From an uncultured Anaerolineaceae bacterium (lineage in GTDB: Bacteria > Chloroflexota > Anaerolineae > Aggregatilineales > Aggregatilineaceae): 64,000 nt of DNA. Positions within the stretch are counted from its first letter, which is position 1; each line of letters starts with the position of its first letter. Below, in pieces: positions 9,110 to 19,773 of this stretch. The position numbers and the translations under genes are program-made. The stretch is from NCBI GenBank assembly GCA_964472565.1, contig CAYYNB010000010.1, positions 253 to 64,252 on the forward strand. The letters are read 5' to 3'. The notes beneath the pieces are model-generated. The model made no database searches. It worked only from the letters and a program-made list of their open reading frames with translations, and was not told the DNA's origin.

Positions 9110-10383
9110 TACGAGTGGGATTCCCCTGTATAACGAACAACAATGAGTGTGGTGTCATCAAAAGGCGGTGCCGCCCCCATAAACGCAAGCATTGAATCAG
9201 TAATCCGCTTTAAAATTTCGGCTGCGGGAAGTTCAGCCGATGCCCGAACCGTATCGAGCAGCCGTTCCTCACCATAGGGTTCAGCACTCAGATTCTCTGC
9301 CTCAGTCAGACCGTCCGTATAGTAAACCAATACGTCACCCGGTTCAAGGTGGTATTCCACAGCCGCAACAGGCAAATCTTCAAACCAGCCAAGCGGATAC
9401 CCCCCACGCGGCAAAAACTCATGGCGTTTTTGTTTGGTGTGATACAGAAGGGGTAAATTATGTCCCGCATTCACGCCAATAATCTTTCCATCAGCGTGTA
9501 AAACGGTGTAATAAACGGTGACAAACATGCCCGATTGGGTGTCAGACAAAATCACGTGATTGGTCTGTTTAAGCATATCTTCCGGGGTCGGAGCAGTTAA
9601 AGAATTCCCCCGAATCAAACTGCGCGCCACCGCCATAAAAATAGCCGCAGGAGCGCCCTTATCCGACACATCCGCGATGACAACCCCCAACCGCTCATTC
9701 GGCAAGTTGAAACAGTCATAAAAGTCACCTGCCACTTCTCTTGCAGATTTCCAATCAGCGGCGATCTCATAACCTGCAATCGTGGGCAATACACGGGGTA
9801 GCAACCCGCGCTGGATGTCATGCGCCATTTGTAATTCTTTTTCCATGCGCCCCTTTTCAACCGCCACCTTATAGAGCCGTGCGTTCTCAATGGCGACTCC
9901 GGCTTGACTGGCAAAGGCGGTCAGCAGCGCGAGATGTTCCGCGTTAAATAATCCGGCTTGCAGGCGGTTATCCACATACACCAGCCCCAGCAGCATCTCT
10001 CGAATCATAATGGGCACGCACAAAATAGATCGCAGTCCCAGCAGCATAATACTTTGTCCGCTGGAGAATCGCGCATCAAATTGAGCGTTATCGGTCAATA
10101 GACCCTTACGATCTTCGACTACACGCTTGACAATCGTCGTACTGACTTGAAATTCGGGTGATTCGAGATCGCTCCGGTTGATCCCCCGCGCCACCTTAAA
10201 AACCAGATCGTTTTTCTGATCTTCATGAATCATCAGAAAGCCGCGTTCAGCTCCAGTAACCTCAATAACACGATCCATAATATTTTCCAACACCTCATCC
10301 AGATCGAGGGTCGAATTTAGGGTTCGTGTGATCTCATATAACGTGGCAAGGTGTTCTTGTTTCGGGCTATCTGCATTGACCAT
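9109..10383 (-). CDS. GAF domain-containing PP2C/SpoIIE-type protein phosphatase
   Basis: N-terminal GAF, then a SpoIIE-like region (GDFYD...VIADVSDKGAPAAIFMAV...YYTDGLTEA). Its stop overlaps the rluB start by 1 nt. Confidence 0.85.
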   Translation of the reverse strand: MVNADSPKQEHLATLYEITRTLNSTLDLDEVLENIMDRVIEVTGAERGFLMIHEDQKNDLVFKVARGINRSDLESPEFQVSTTIVKRVVEDRKGLLTDNAQFDARFSSGQSIMLLGLRSILCVPIMIREMLLGLVYVDNRLQAGLFNAEHLALLTAFASQAGVAIENARLYKVAVEKGRMEKELQMAHDIQRGLLPRVLPTIAGYEIAADWKSAREVAGDFYDCFNLPNERLGVVIADVSDKGAPAAIFMAVARSLIRGNSLTAPTPEDMLKQTNHVILSDTQSGMFVTVYYTVLHADGKIIGVNAGHNLPLLYHTKQKRHEFLPRGGYPLGWFEDLPVAAVEYHLEPGDVLVYYTDGLTEAENLSAEPYGEERLLDTVRASAELPAAEILKRITDSMLAFMGAAPPFDDTTLIVVRYTGESHS

Positions 10384-10496
10384 TGGCGCATCCCCTACTG
10401 TAAATGCCTCGCATTATAGCATTCCACGCGGCGCTTTGCCCAACTGATGCTATAATCAGCCCCGATGACTTATATTTGCTTTTTGGGAGCGAATCA

Positions 10497-11867
10497 ATGA
10501 ATCCCTATGAATATGTGGATGCACATCAGCAGGCATTTCTGGAAGAACTCAAAGAAGTGTTGCGCATTCCCAGTATCAGTGCCAATGCCGAGTACAAACC
10601 ATCGATTGTTCAAGCCGCCGAATGGTTCAAAAATCATCTTGAATCGATTGGCATGACTCGCGCCAGACTCTTCGAGACAGCGGGCAATCCCATAGTATAC
10701 GCCGAATGGTTAGGTGCGGGTGAGCATGCCCCCACGGTTCTCATCTACGGACACTATGACGTGCAACCCGCCGACGATCCGGACAATCTTTGGAAAACTG
10801 ACCCCTTTGAGCCTGTTATCCGTGATGGAAAACTGTATGCACGTGGCTCCGCCGACGACAAAGGCCAAACCTTCACGCAAATCAAGGCTATTCAGAGCCT
10901 GCTGGTTTCGGGTGGCCTCCCGGTTAATGTTAAATTCGTGATCGAGGGTGAAGAAGAAAACGGCTCAGACCATTTTTATCCTTTCCTGGATGAGCATGCT
11001 GACTTGCTCAAAGCCGATGTAACGGTGATCTCCGACACCAGCATGCTGGGCCTCGATCACCCCTCGATTGTTTATGGATTACGCGGCATTGTCTCCTTTG
11101 AAATCGAAGTGCGTGGCGCGTCACATGACTTGCATTCAGGGGCATATGGCGGCCTTGTTCATAATCCGCTGCACGCGCTGATCGACATTCTGGCTGCCAT
11201 GCACGACGCTAACGGCAGCGTCTCCGTCCCCGGTTTTTATGATCGGGTGCGCATTCCTGACGCAGATGAGCGTGCCGAACTGGCAAAAACGCCCTTTCCA
11301 CTGGAGCGTTTAAAGAATGAAGCTGGCCTTGATAAGTTCTGGGGTGAGCCAGATTATCAGCCGCACGAACGCTTAGGTGTGCGTCCCACATTTGAGGTGA
11401 ATGGTCTGGTGGGGGGGTGGACGGGTGAGGGAGGCAAAACGGTGCTCCCAGCGAAAGCCCTTGCAAAGATTAGCTGCCGTTTGGTACCCGATCAAGACCC
11501 CGCTGAGATTTTCGAATTGGTTCGCCAATATGTCCAGCAAATCACACCGCCCACTGTGACCAGCGAAGTTCGCCTTTCACATAAGGGCTTTTGGGCCATC
11601 GTCGATGTCCACTCTCCCTATATGCAAGCCGCCCTCAAAGCCTATGAATTTGGTTTTGGCAAGCGACCTGTTTTTATGCGTGAGGGTGGTTCGATCCCGC
11701 TCGTGGGGTCATTCCAGAATGTGCTGCAAACCCCGGTGATTCTGATGGGCTTTGGCCTGCCCGATGATAATGCGCATGGCCCCAATGAGAAATATACGCT
11801 GGAAGCATTCCAGCGGGGCATGAAAACGGCAATTAACTTCTACGAACAGATCAGCCGAATGAAATAA
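10497..11867 (+). CDS. M20-family dipeptidase/peptidase
   Basis: Start moved to ATG 10497. Motifs YGHYDVQPADD, RGSADDKGQ, EGEEENGS. Confidence 0.85.
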   Translation: MNPYEYVDAHQQAFLEELKEVLRIPSISANAEYKPSIVQAAEWFKNHLESIGMTRARLFETAGNPIVYAEWLGAGEHAPTVLIYGHYDVQPADDPDNLWKTDPFEPVIRDGKLYARGSADDKGQTFTQIKAIQSLLVSGGLPVNVKFVIEGEEENGSDHFYPFLDEHADLLKADVTVISDTSMLGLDHPSIVYGLRGIVSFEIEVRGASHDLHSGAYGGLVHNPLHALIDILAAMHDANGSVSVPGFYDRVRIPDADERAELAKTPFPLERLKNEAGLDKFWGEPDYQPHERLGVRPTFEVNGLVGGWTGEGGKTVLPAKALAKISCRLVPDQDPAEIFELVRQYVQQITPPTVTSEVRLSHKGFWAIVDVHSPYMQAALKAYEFGFGKRPVFMREGGSIPLVGSFQNVLQTPVILMGFGLPDDNAHGPNEKYTLEAFQRGMKTAINFYEQISRMK

Positions 11868-11873
11868 TCCTCC

Positions 11874-11909
11874 AGAGGGGTGAGTTTTCAGATTCACCCC
11901 TCTATATTT
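11874..11909 (+). terminator. Hairpin terminator after the M20 peptidase gene
   Basis: Perfect 10-bp stem AGAGGGGTGA / TCACCCCTCT with a weak T-tail (atattt). Confidence 0.55.
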
Positions 11910-11998
11910 CATATAGTCATCATACAAATTTGTCGCTTCAGCCAAATCATCCTACAATGTTCAATACTCCCCAATGATTCACTAATGGAGATTGTGAC

Positions 11999-13900
11999 AT
12001 GGCACGCAATGGTGATTTCCCCAATAGTGATGTTTATTACCCACCCGATATAATTAAAACGAAGGCTTATATCCAGGATTACGACGCGACACAGCAGTCA
12101 ATGCACGCCGATTTAGCCGGATCGTGGGACCAGATTGCTCGCGAAGACTTCGAGTGGTTTGAACCCTGGCATACCACGCTTGACACCTCCAACGCGCCGT
12201 TTTTTAAGTGGTTCGTGGGTGGCAAAACCAACATCGTCCATAACGCGCTGGATCGCCACATGGATACGTGGCGGCGCAACAAAGCCGCCCTGATCTGGGA
12301 AGGCGAAAATTACGAGGAACGCTGTTATACCTATCAGCAGCTTCACCGCGAAGTCAGTCGATTTGCCAGCGTACTGCGCGCGATGGGCGTACGCAAAGGA
12401 GATCGCGTCACCATTTATATGGGCCGTGTCCCCGAACTACCAATCGCGATGCTGGCTTGCGCCAAGGTCGGAGCAGTTCATTCTGTCGTGTATGGGGGAT
12501 TTTCGGTCGAAGCGCTGCATGGTCGCATCGAAGACAGCCAGAGCAAAGTCGCTATTACCTCCGATGGCGCATGGCTGCGGGGCAACATTGTGCCGCTGAA
12601 GGACATTATGGACGAAGCGCTTCAGCGTGCCCCGACGATTCAGACCCTGATTGTTGTCAAACGCACCGGGCAGGACGTAAAGATGGAACAGGGGCGCGAT
12701 TTTTGGTATCACGACCTGATGAGCCTGCCGATTGCGGATATGCACGTCGAAACCGAAGTGATGGACGCCGAAGACCCACTTTACATGCTCTACACAAGCG
12801 GGACCACGGGCAAGCCTAAAGCAATTCTTCACACGCACGGCGGCTATATGGTCGGGGTGGCAACAACGCTCAAATGGGTCTTTGACCTCAAAGAAGAAGA
12901 TACATGGTGGTGCGCAGCCGATCCCGGCTGGGTAACAGGCCATAGCTATATCGTCTATGGGCCGCTGCTGCTGGGAGCTACCAGCGTGATGTACGAGGGT
13001 GCGCCCAATCACCCATTCCCGGATCGCTGGTGGGATATTGTGGAGCGGCACGGGGTCACAGTCCTGTATACAGCGCCTACCGCAATTCGCGGCCTCATGC
13101 GCTTCGGAGATGCTTGGCCGGAGCGACACAATCTAAGCAGTCTGCGCCTGCTAGGCAGCGTCGGAGAGCCGATCAACCCCGAAGCATGGCGCTGGTACTA
13201 TCGCGTAATTGGCAGGGAACGCTGCCCCATCATGGACACCTGGTGGCAGACGGAAACCGGCAGCTTTATGATCACGCCCCTGCCGATCACACCGCTTAAG
13301 CCGGGCAGTGCCACGAAGCCCTTTCCTGGTATCGAAGTCGATGTGTTGGACGAAGAGGGCGAACCTGTTGGACCAAACGAAGAAGGCTATCTGGTCATCA
13401 AAACCCCCTGGCCCGCCATGATGCGCACCATCTACAATGACCCCGATCGCTACGTGAGCCAATACTGGAGCCGCTTCCCTGGCATGTACATGACGGGAGA
13501 CAGTGCGCGCCGGGATGAAGATGGCTATATCTGGGTCATTGGGCGGGTGGACGATGTGATCAAGGTCAGCGGCTACCGGCTGGGAACGGCGGAAATCGAG
13601 AGCGCCCTGGTCAGCCACCCCTCCGTCGCAGAAGCCGCTGTTATCGGAGTGCCAGATGAAGTCCGGGGGAGCGTCATCAAAGCATACTGCATCCTGCGGG
13701 CGGGCATCGAGTCATCGCCGCGACTGGCCGAACAACTGCGCGACCACGTGGGGCACGAAGTCGGTCCCATCGCCAAGCCCGCAACCATCGAATTCGTGGA
13801 CATGCTGCCTAAAACGCGCAGCGGCAAAATCATGCGCCGGGTGCTGAAAGCGCGCGCGCTGGGCCAGGAAGAAGGCGACCTGAGTACGCTGGAAACCTAA
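11999..13900 (+). CDS. acs: Acetyl-CoA synthetase (acetate--CoA ligase)
   Basis: 633 aa. AMP-binding motif [11 protein letters not shown]; WWQTETG; C-terminal [11 protein letters not shown]. Confidence 0.95.
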   Translation: MARNGDFPNSDVYYPPDIIKTKAYIQDYDATQQSMHADLAGSWDQIAREDFEWFEPWHTTLDTSNAPFFKWFVGGKTNIVHNALDRHMDTWRRNKAALIWEGENYEERCYTYQQLHREVSRFASVLRAMGVRKGDRVTIYMGRVPELPIAMLACAKVGAVHSVVYGGFSVEALHGRIEDSQSKVAITSDGAWLRGNIVPLKDIMDEALQRAPTIQTLIVVKRTGQDVKMEQGRDFWYHDLMSLPIADMHVETEVMDAEDPLYMLYTSGTTGKPKAILHTHGGYMVGVATTLKWVFDLKEEDTWWCAADPGWVTGHSYIVYGPLLLGATSVMYEGAPNHPFPDRWWDIVERHGVTVLYTAPTAIRGLMRFGDAWPERHNLSSLRLLGSVGEPINPEAWRWYYRVIGRERCPIMDTWWQTETGSFMITPLPITPLKPGSATKPFPGIEVDVLDEEGEPVGPNEEGYLVIKTPWPAMMRTIYNDPDRYVSQYWSRFPGMYMTGDSARRDEDGYIWVIGRVDDVIKVSGYRLGTAEIESALVSHPSVAEAAVIGVPDEVRGSVIKAYCILRAGIESSPRLAEQLRDHVGHEVGPIAKPATIEFVDMLPKTRSGKIMRRVLKARALGQEEGDLSTLET

Positions 13901-13930
13901 CACCAGCTCAAAATCGAAAAAGGAATCAGC

Positions 13931-13957
13931 CGCCCCGATCCGTCGGGGCGTTTTTTT
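13931..13957 (+). terminator. Rho-independent terminator of acs
   Basis: CGCCCCGA-tccg-TCGGGGCG followed by TTTTTTT. Confidence 0.85.
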
Positions 13958-14020
13958 CGTATAGCCATGATTAACAGACCCGTTCCACACAAAAGGGCCA
14001 GATCAGGAAAGTAACCTTTT

Positions 14021-14172
14021 TCTAACCGGGTGCAGGTTAGAACGGGGTATATTCAGCCTAAATAATAAGCCTTATGTGGGATAAATTAAGGCTTATTTGG
14101 GATAAAAAAGCGCAAGATTCAGGCTAAATAGGTCAAGATTTATGCTGAATCGCAGAGGATTCAGCATAAATC
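14021..14172. repeat. Intergenic cluster of three hairpins and a reiterated ATTCAG-NN-TAAAT motif
   Basis: Hairpins: TCTAACC/GGTTAGA (14021-14041), ATAAGCCTTA/TAAGGCTTAT (14065-14096), GATTTATGCTGAATC/GATTCAGCATAAATC (14137-14172, perfect 15 bp). ATTCAG occurs at 14051, 14117 and 14159, and inverted at 14145. Confidence 0.8.
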
Positions 14173-14180
14173 CGCAGACC

Positions 14181-15701
14181 TCACTCCGCTGCCAGTGAGG
14201 ACTCAACGTGCCAGACGCGCACATTGCGCTTGATCGCGGTGCGTCCAAATACATCGAGCAGGTTCAGCTTCAAGTTGAGTTTATCTGTTGGAAAGGGGAT
14301 TTCGTCCGGCTGGTACGTCGTCATCCATTCATGGCCGTTGTATACCAGATAGGACGTTTTAAAGTAGGTTAGTTCTTCAGGGTACGCAAAGTCGTTCAAA
14401 CACTGCACCGGCAGCGTGGTGTAGAAATAGAGAGCCTGACAGGTGCCGTGCGAGGCATAAATAGGTTCGGACGGCTGGCGAACCTTTTCTAAAAGGACTA
14501 CAGCCTGCTGCATCGCTTCGCCGCCAAAATTGCCGCTAAAGTACCGTTCGATGTCACTGCGTCGGAGAGGGAGATTATTCGCATCCGTCCACATTTTAGA
14601 GTTGAGCGGCAGCGCAAAGAACACCAGCCAAGCAGCACCGACGACGAACACTGTTCCCCGAAGAACAGGCTGCCGTTTTTCCCAAATACGCCATGCTGCA
14701 TAACTCACAAGGATCACAAGCGGCATAGCTACCGGCATCAAATAGCGCGAACGGATACCATTCGAGGCGATAAGCGGAAGCGCGACAATCAGCGCCAGCC
14801 ACGCTAGCAGGAAAATGCTATAACGACGCGAGTCAGATTCAAATCCGATTAAATAAATAAGGGCGGCTGCACCCGCAACCAACAACGCCGAAGACGCAAA
14901 TCCAGCGATTTCGGATGTCACCGTACCGACTTCATCAATACGAGTAGATGACTCATCCAACTGGCGTAGATTATGATCATTCACCAGCACAAACGCCTCA
15001 TCAGTACCCGCGACTTGTGCCGCCGGAAGCAGAATAGGCAGCCAACAAACCGTCATAACCGCGATCGCTACCAGTCCGGCGGGAAGGTAACGCTTCATCC
15101 AGCCGCGCAGCGCGGCCATTTTGCCCTGCGGCCACTCATAGAAAAGCGCTGTCGCCACAACAGGCAGCAGCGGAATTAACCCCATTGTCAGTTTTGCCAT
15201 CAGTGACAGTGCAGTGAGCAGCCCGATCCATATTCCTTCGCGCAGACTGGGGTGGCGGGCAAAAATCAGAGAGCGCCACGCGAGCAATGTCACAAAACCG
15301 CCAGCAAATGGATCCGCGAGGGCCATCCGCTCGAAAAATACCGCCAAAGGCAAAACAGCATACAGCGCCAGCGCCAACATCCCAACTTTGGGATTGGCTA
15401 ACTGCCGCCCAACCACATAGACCGCCGCAGCACTCACCAGGGAGAAAATCGCCATCGATGTACGGGCGGTGTATAACCCAGTAACTGGGCGAGGATCAAA
15501 AAAGCCGAGCCAGAAATAGAGCAGGAACTTACCATGCGCATCCTGGGCGGGATGGCTTTCGAAGTGCCAGACTTTGAGGGCGCGATGAACGTGATAACCT
15601 TCGTCAATAAACGGTTCTTGTCCGGTGATGACATGCGCACGAACAAAAAAAACAATCCACAACAGCATCACAAGAAGTGCAAGATGCGTCCATCGCTTCA
15701 T
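14181..15701 (-). CDS. Polytopic membrane glycosyltransferase, GT39/ArnT-PMT-like
   Basis: 506 aa, more than 10 TM helices, with a DE-containing first loop (FIDEGYHVHRA) typical of ArnT/PMT-type transferases. The family call rests on architecture only. Confidence 0.55.
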   Translation of the reverse strand: MKRWTHLALLVMLLWIVFFVRAHVITGQEPFIDEGYHVHRALKVWHFESHPAQDAHGKFLLYFWLGFFDPRPVTGLYTARTSMAIFSLVSAAAVYVVGRQLANPKVGMLALALYAVLPLAVFFERMALADPFAGGFVTLLAWRSLIFARHPSLREGIWIGLLTALSLMAKLTMGLIPLLPVVATALFYEWPQGKMAALRGWMKRYLPAGLVAIAVMTVCWLPILLPAAQVAGTDEAFVLVNDHNLRQLDESSTRIDEVGTVTSEIAGFASSALLVAGAAALIYLIGFESDSRRYSIFLLAWLALIVALPLIASNGIRSRYLMPVAMPLVILVSYAAWRIWEKRQPVLRGTVFVVGAAWLVFFALPLNSKMWTDANNLPLRRSDIERYFSGNFGGEAMQQAVVLLEKVRQPSEPIYASHGTCQALYFYTTLPVQCLNDFAYPEELTYFKTSYLVYNGHEWMTTYQPDEIPFPTDKLNLKLNLLDVFGRTAIKRNVRVWHVESSLAAE

Positions 15702-15719
15702 ACCAGAGGCTCCCTACAC

Positions 15720-15750
15720 AAAAAAACGGCAGCTTAAAAAGCTACCGTTT
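15720..15750 (-). terminator. Rho-independent terminator downstream of tRNA-Cys
   Basis: Minus-strand RNA AACGGUAGC-uuuuua-GCUGCCGUU (one G-U pair) followed by UUUUUUU. Confidence 0.65.
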
Positions 15751-15753
15751 AAG

Positions 15754-15824
15754 AGGCGACGGTGGGAATCGAACCCACGGTAAGGGTTTTGCAGACCCGT
15801 GCCTTGCCACTTGGCGACGTCGCC
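15754..15824 (-). tRNA. tRNA-Cys (GCA)
   Basis: Reverse complement is GGCGACGTCGCCAAGTGGCAAGGCACGGGTCTGCAAAACCCTTACCGTGGGTTCGATTCCCACCGTCGCCT. It has a 7-bp acceptor stem, a GCA anticodon loop and a GGTTCGATTCC T-arm. CCA is not encoded. Confidence 0.9.
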
Positions 15825-15897
15825 GAACTGGTGTGTAGTATACACGATGCGCCCTGGATTGACAAGGCAAAAAATAACCAGGGAACTCCCTGGTTGT

Positions 15898-17103
15898 TTA
15901 GCTTAGGTAGTCGCGCAGGTTATGCGCCAGCCGTGGGTGCCGCAGCCGCCGCAGCGCTTCTTTTTCGAGTTGACGGATACGTTCACGACTCAGCCCGAAC
16001 TTGTTGGCGATCTCTTCCAGGGTATGGGGTTCACCGCCGCCCAACCCAAACCGCAGGCGTAAAATATGGCTCTGGCGGGGTGTGAGTTCACTCAACACCT
16101 CTTCAATCGTCTCTTGCAGCAAATGTTGAGTGGCCGCTTCGACCGGGCTGGGCGAGTCCTGATCTTCGATAAAATCACCGAATTCGCTGTCCCCGTCATC
16201 TCCAACAGGCCGCTCTAACGCAATCGCGTGCTGGCTGGCGTCCATCATCCCGCGCACGCTTTCCGCCGGAAGTTCCATCTCTTTGGCAATTTCCTCAGGC
16301 GTCGGGCGGTGTCCGAGGGTTTGTTCTAACACCTGTGCGGTGCGATACATCTGGCGAATACGTTCGGTCATATGCAGCGGAATACGGATCGTGCGCGTCT
16401 TTTGAGCTAACGCACGCGTGATCGCCTGACGAATCCACCATGTTGCATACGTGCTGAAGCGGTTGCCGCGCTTATAATCATATTTATCTACCGCGCGCAT
16501 CAACCCGACATTACCTTCCTGAATCAAATCCGGGAAGGGCAGACCTTGCCCCATATACCGCTTGGCAATGCTCACCACCAGCCGTGTATTGGCGCGGCCC
16601 AAATGTTCACGTGCGGCCTGACCATCCTCGATCAGTTGGTTGAGACTATCGTATTCCTCAGTGTAAGGGGGGATTTTTCTGATCTTATCGGAGGCTTCAC
16701 GCCCCAATTCGATCCGTTTGGCTAATTCGATCTCTTCCTGCGCCGTGAGCAGAGGTTCCTGCGCCATCTGACGAAAATACAGCCCAACCGGATCATCTGC
16801 TGATACCGCGTTAATATCACCTACACCCGGATCATGAGGCTCTTCTTCGGCCTCAAATTCCCGATCGCGGCGATCCATCCCATTATGGGCGGTTTCTTCC
16901 TGGCGAAGCTCAATCCCCAACTCATCGAGTTCATCGAGTACAGCCTCGATTGCATTTACATCATCACTATCTTCGTCAAGTAACTCTAAAACATCTTCAA
17001 ACGTCACATAACCGCGCTGGTCAGCCCGAAGCATGAGTTCCTGTATCACCTGAGTCCCGTTGCCTCCTGATGTACTGCTGATCGGAACTAATTCCTCTAC
17101 CAT
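15898..17103 (-). CDS. rpoD: Primary RNA polymerase sigma-70 factor
   Basis: 401 aa. Region 2 YATWWIRQAITRA, region 4 LEEIANKFGLSRERIRQLEKEALRRLR, acidic region 1. Confidence 0.95.
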   Translation of the reverse strand: MVEELVPISSTSGGNGTQVIQELMLRADQRGYVTFEDVLELLDEDSDDVNAIEAVLDELDELGIELRQEETAHNGMDRRDREFEAEEEPHDPGVGDINAVSADDPVGLYFRQMAQEPLLTAQEEIELAKRIELGREASDKIRKIPPYTEEYDSLNQLIEDGQAAREHLGRANTRLVVSIAKRYMGQGLPFPDLIQEGNVGLMRAVDKYDYKRGNRFSTYATWWIRQAITRALAQKTRTIRIPLHMTERIRQMYRTAQVLEQTLGHRPTPEEIAKEMELPAESVRGMMDASQHAIALERPVGDDGDSEFGDFIEDQDSPSPVEAATQHLLQETIEEVLSELTPRQSHILRLRFGLGGGEPHTLEEIANKFGLSRERIRQLEKEALRRLRHPRLAHNLRDYLS

Positions 17104-17293
17104 AGTAGTTCAGTCCCCAAAAATGCAGTGCCGTATCAGCCCTTTCAATAAGGAGAACGTACAAATTATATCATAATTTGATGGGGGGGGGAAGTGCAGA
17201 CATAATCCCCTAATTGTATCCATACTCCGCCCCGAATTACAAAAATTGACTTCTAAAGTTTAAGACAACTTTTATTTAATGTCCAGCTTTTTT

Positions 17294-17833
17294 TTACGTT
17301 TTTGACGAAGATGGCTCTTTTTCCCATTCTGGTGCCAACTTTGACCGCGGAATCCGCTGGTAAAAAGCGCGCGCCGGTGCCCGATTCAGATACCAGGTGA
17401 CATAGAGTGGAATCAAAATCATGCCGGGCACCTGGCACCGTAAAATATTGTCCCAGACCTCATCTGCCGATCCGCTGGTCAAAGGATTTGCCGTCGCCGT
17501 CAAAACTTCATAAATTCGATAGAGATTCACCAGAGTCGGTAGCACGATAGAAACAATAAGCACAAATCGAATCCAGGAGGGTCTTCCTCCCCACGCCAGA
17601 ATGCAAATGATGAGAATAATGCCCCCCAGCAGCGCATTCATATAATCCCAGATACTGATCCCTACACCACCGGCTATAAATGTCTCTTCGGCTGCGGCTC
17701 CAACGCGCTGCAAAAAATACAGGCTAAAGAGCGGCATTCCACCATACCATATGGCAGTGGCGATAATCGCCAACGTCAGGCCAAGAGGTCGATACACCCG
17801 CTCCGTTCGAGGTAAATTCGTTTCGTTACTCAT
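17294..17833 (-). CDS. Hypothetical membrane protein
   Basis: 179 aa, 4 predicted TM helices. 4-nt ATGA overlap with the upstream gene. Confidence 0.5.
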   Translation of the reverse strand: MSNETNLPRTERVYRPLGLTLAIIATAIWYGGMPLFSLYFLQRVGAAAEETFIAGGVGISIWDYMNALLGGIILIICILAWGGRPSWIRFVLIVSIVLPTLVNLYRIYEVLTATANPLTSGSADEVWDNILRCQVPGMILIPLYVTWYLNRAPARAFYQRIPRSKLAPEWEKEPSSSKT

Positions 17834-19086
17834 TCTAATGTCCCTGTTTGTGTGGGTCGCGACATATCCGACACACTATAACTGACAAGCTGAGGTTCGG
17901 GTGGCGTATCAGGATCGGGGAGCAGGACGGATATCACAACGGCAAAAAAGCCAATGGCGATCAGAATCGCACAGTGTTTCAACACTGGACTGGTAAATTC
18001 ACCGACGAGCAGCCGCATCATCCCGTTAGCGGTAATTTCGGCTACTAAAGTGCCACCACTCGCAAAACCTTGTTCCAACTCACCTTGTGATTCGATGCGT
18101 ATATCACCCATCAACAGGGGGAGAAAAAGAAGCGGAACTAAGGCGAACAAACTACCTATAATCAGCGGCCAGCCCATCCAGCGGAAGAACGATTTTGACG
18201 AGCGCACAGTGACAATCACAACGAGTGACATGAAAGCGGCGGGGATGAGATAGGCCAGATAGATGGTTTTTTGCCAGAGCCGTATACTGGATCGCATCGA
18301 ATTGAGTTCGGACTGTGAAAACACGTGCTCGCCTGGTGTAAGATGCTCTTCTGCGGCCTCATCCATTTCCTTGATGACATCTAACTCATCAGGAAGCGCA
18401 TTGGCGGCCTGGTTCTTTGCCACATGAAGTTGAATGGTCAGCCACTCCTTATAAGTTAGATCAGTGGCGTAATCCAGGCATTGGGTAGATTCTTCGGCAT
18501 CATACTCCGTGCATACTTCGACACCGATGAGCTTTTGATCGGGGGGAGTGGGTAAACAGTAGGGAAAAATGACTCCCGGTTTTTCTTTCGCAAAAGCAAC
18601 AAACTGTTGTTTCTCAGCATTTGTATCACACAGCGGAAAATGATTAACAATATCTTCGATAGCTCTTTCCCCAGGCTCGCCCAACAACCGATTCTTCAGG
18701 ACACCCGTCTCAAACCGGATTTCCAGTTCGCGTCGATCACCGTCCAGCCAGGAGAAAAAGGCATCCAGGTTCGTTTCTACCGCGCTGCTTACCCATTCTT
18801 TGGGGACCAGATTGGGAGAAATCCGCTCCCACTCGTCGTAATCCAGCGCCTTGATCGCCAGGGCGAGAGTGAGATCGCTGTTCTCTTCAAGGTTGGATTC
18901 TTGCAGCAAGGAAGGCAGCACTGCGGGGATTAATTGTTCGTAGAAATCTTCATCCACGAATAATTCCTTATACATATTCCCGTCAAGCGCGATTTGCTGA
19001 GTATTCACCGTCCACAGCGAACACGGGAGCAGCATCACGAATATAAAGACAAAACCTAGTGCGAGTAACTGTCCCAGACAGCGCAT
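17830..19086 (-). CDS. Hypothetical membrane protein
   Basis: 418 aa. N-terminal TM, a soluble acidic middle region and C-terminal TM helices. No recognised motif. Confidence 0.5.
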   Translation of the reverse strand: MRCLGQLLALGFVFIFVMLLPCSLWTVNTQQIALDGNMYKELFVDEDFYEQLIPAVLPSLLQESNLEENSDLTLALAIKALDYDEWERISPNLVPKEWVSSAVETNLDAFFSWLDGDRRELEIRFETGVLKNRLLGEPGERAIEDIVNHFPLCDTNAEKQQFVAFAKEKPGVIFPYCLPTPPDQKLIGVEVCTEYDAEESTQCLDYATDLTYKEWLTIQLHVAKNQAANALPDELDVIKEMDEAAEEHLTPGEHVFSQSELNSMRSSIRLWQKTIYLAYLIPAAFMSLVVIVTVRSSKSFFRWMGWPLIIGSLFALVPLLFLPLLMGDIRIESQGELEQGFASGGTLVAEITANGMMRLLVGEFTSPVLKHCAILIAIGFFAVVISVLLPDPDTPPEPQLVSYSVSDMSRPTQTGTLE

Positions 19087-19095
19087 AATAAATCC

Positions 19096-19581
19096 TTAAA
19101 AACCCTGCTTCTCACGCCACTCAGAAATCTCGGCGGCATGCTCTTCCTCATGCCAGATCGCGTTTTCATACACAAGATAACTCAGCGGTTCGCCCTCCAT
19201 CCAGGGCCACATGCGGTTGCTGTCAAGCGTGCGCTCATCAAGTTCTTGTACGGCTTTGATCAGGTGTTTATGCACGCCATGAAAATCTTCCAATACCGCA
19301 TCGATTGGGCGCGCGGCGCTGATCCGGTATTGTTCATCATTCCATTCATCGAGGTCTTCGATCTCAACCATGGTTGGCGCGCGGCGTTTATGTTGATCCA
19401 GATGCGATAGAGTCGTGACAATCTCCGACTCCCAGGCGGTCAGGTGCGCAATCACATCTTTAACCGACCAGATACCGACAGCTCCGACGCGCAGCATCTG
19501 ATCCGGGGTAAGGCCCTCAATGGCTTGCTGCAATTTCGCTCGTGCCTGGATCAGATCCGTTATAATATCATCTTTTGGCAT
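19096..19581 (-). CDS. DinB-superfamily (DinB/ClbS-like four-helix bundle) protein
   Basis: 161 aa. WSVKDVIAHLTAWE ... EEEHAAEI pattern of His/Glu-containing helices. Confidence 0.55.
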   Translation of the reverse strand: MPKDDIITDLIQARAKLQQAIEGLTPDQMLRVGAVGIWSVKDVIAHLTAWESEIVTTLSHLDQHKRRAPTMVEIEDLDEWNDEQYRISAARPIDAVLEDFHGVHKHLIKAVQELDERTLDSNRMWPWMEGEPLSYLVYENAIWHEEEHAAEISEWREKQGF

Positions 19582-19773
19582 ATAACTTCTCTCACATTTC
19601 GATTTTCAAACTGCCCGCATTATAGCATTACGCGGAGAACAAACTCAACTGTCAAAGCTCTACCCCAAAACTTAGGGGGATTTCTCAACAGAAAAACATC
19701 ATATTCTGGAATTCTGGGTTAAAATCGGATCATCCCCACGTTTTCACCCACTTTGGGAAAGGACGCAGAAGCG

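Noticed and set aside
12437-13129. A 230-aa minus-strand ORF inside acs, with similar ones at 13151-13618 and 23532-24059 inside acs and lysC
   Set aside because: These are shadow ORFs opposite highly conserved genes, with no independent coding evidence.
17183-17191. G9/C-type homopolymer tracts as phase-variation switches (G9 upstream of rpoD; G10 at 63547-63556 in the last codons of uvrB)
   Set aside because: Runs of 8 G/C also occur inside essential coding sequences as GGG-GGG/CCC-CCC codon pairs (57702-57709 in the S1 gene, 58236-58243, 61810-61817 in greA). They appear to be a codon-usage by-product rather than contingency loci. They are, however, positions where sequencing errors are likely.
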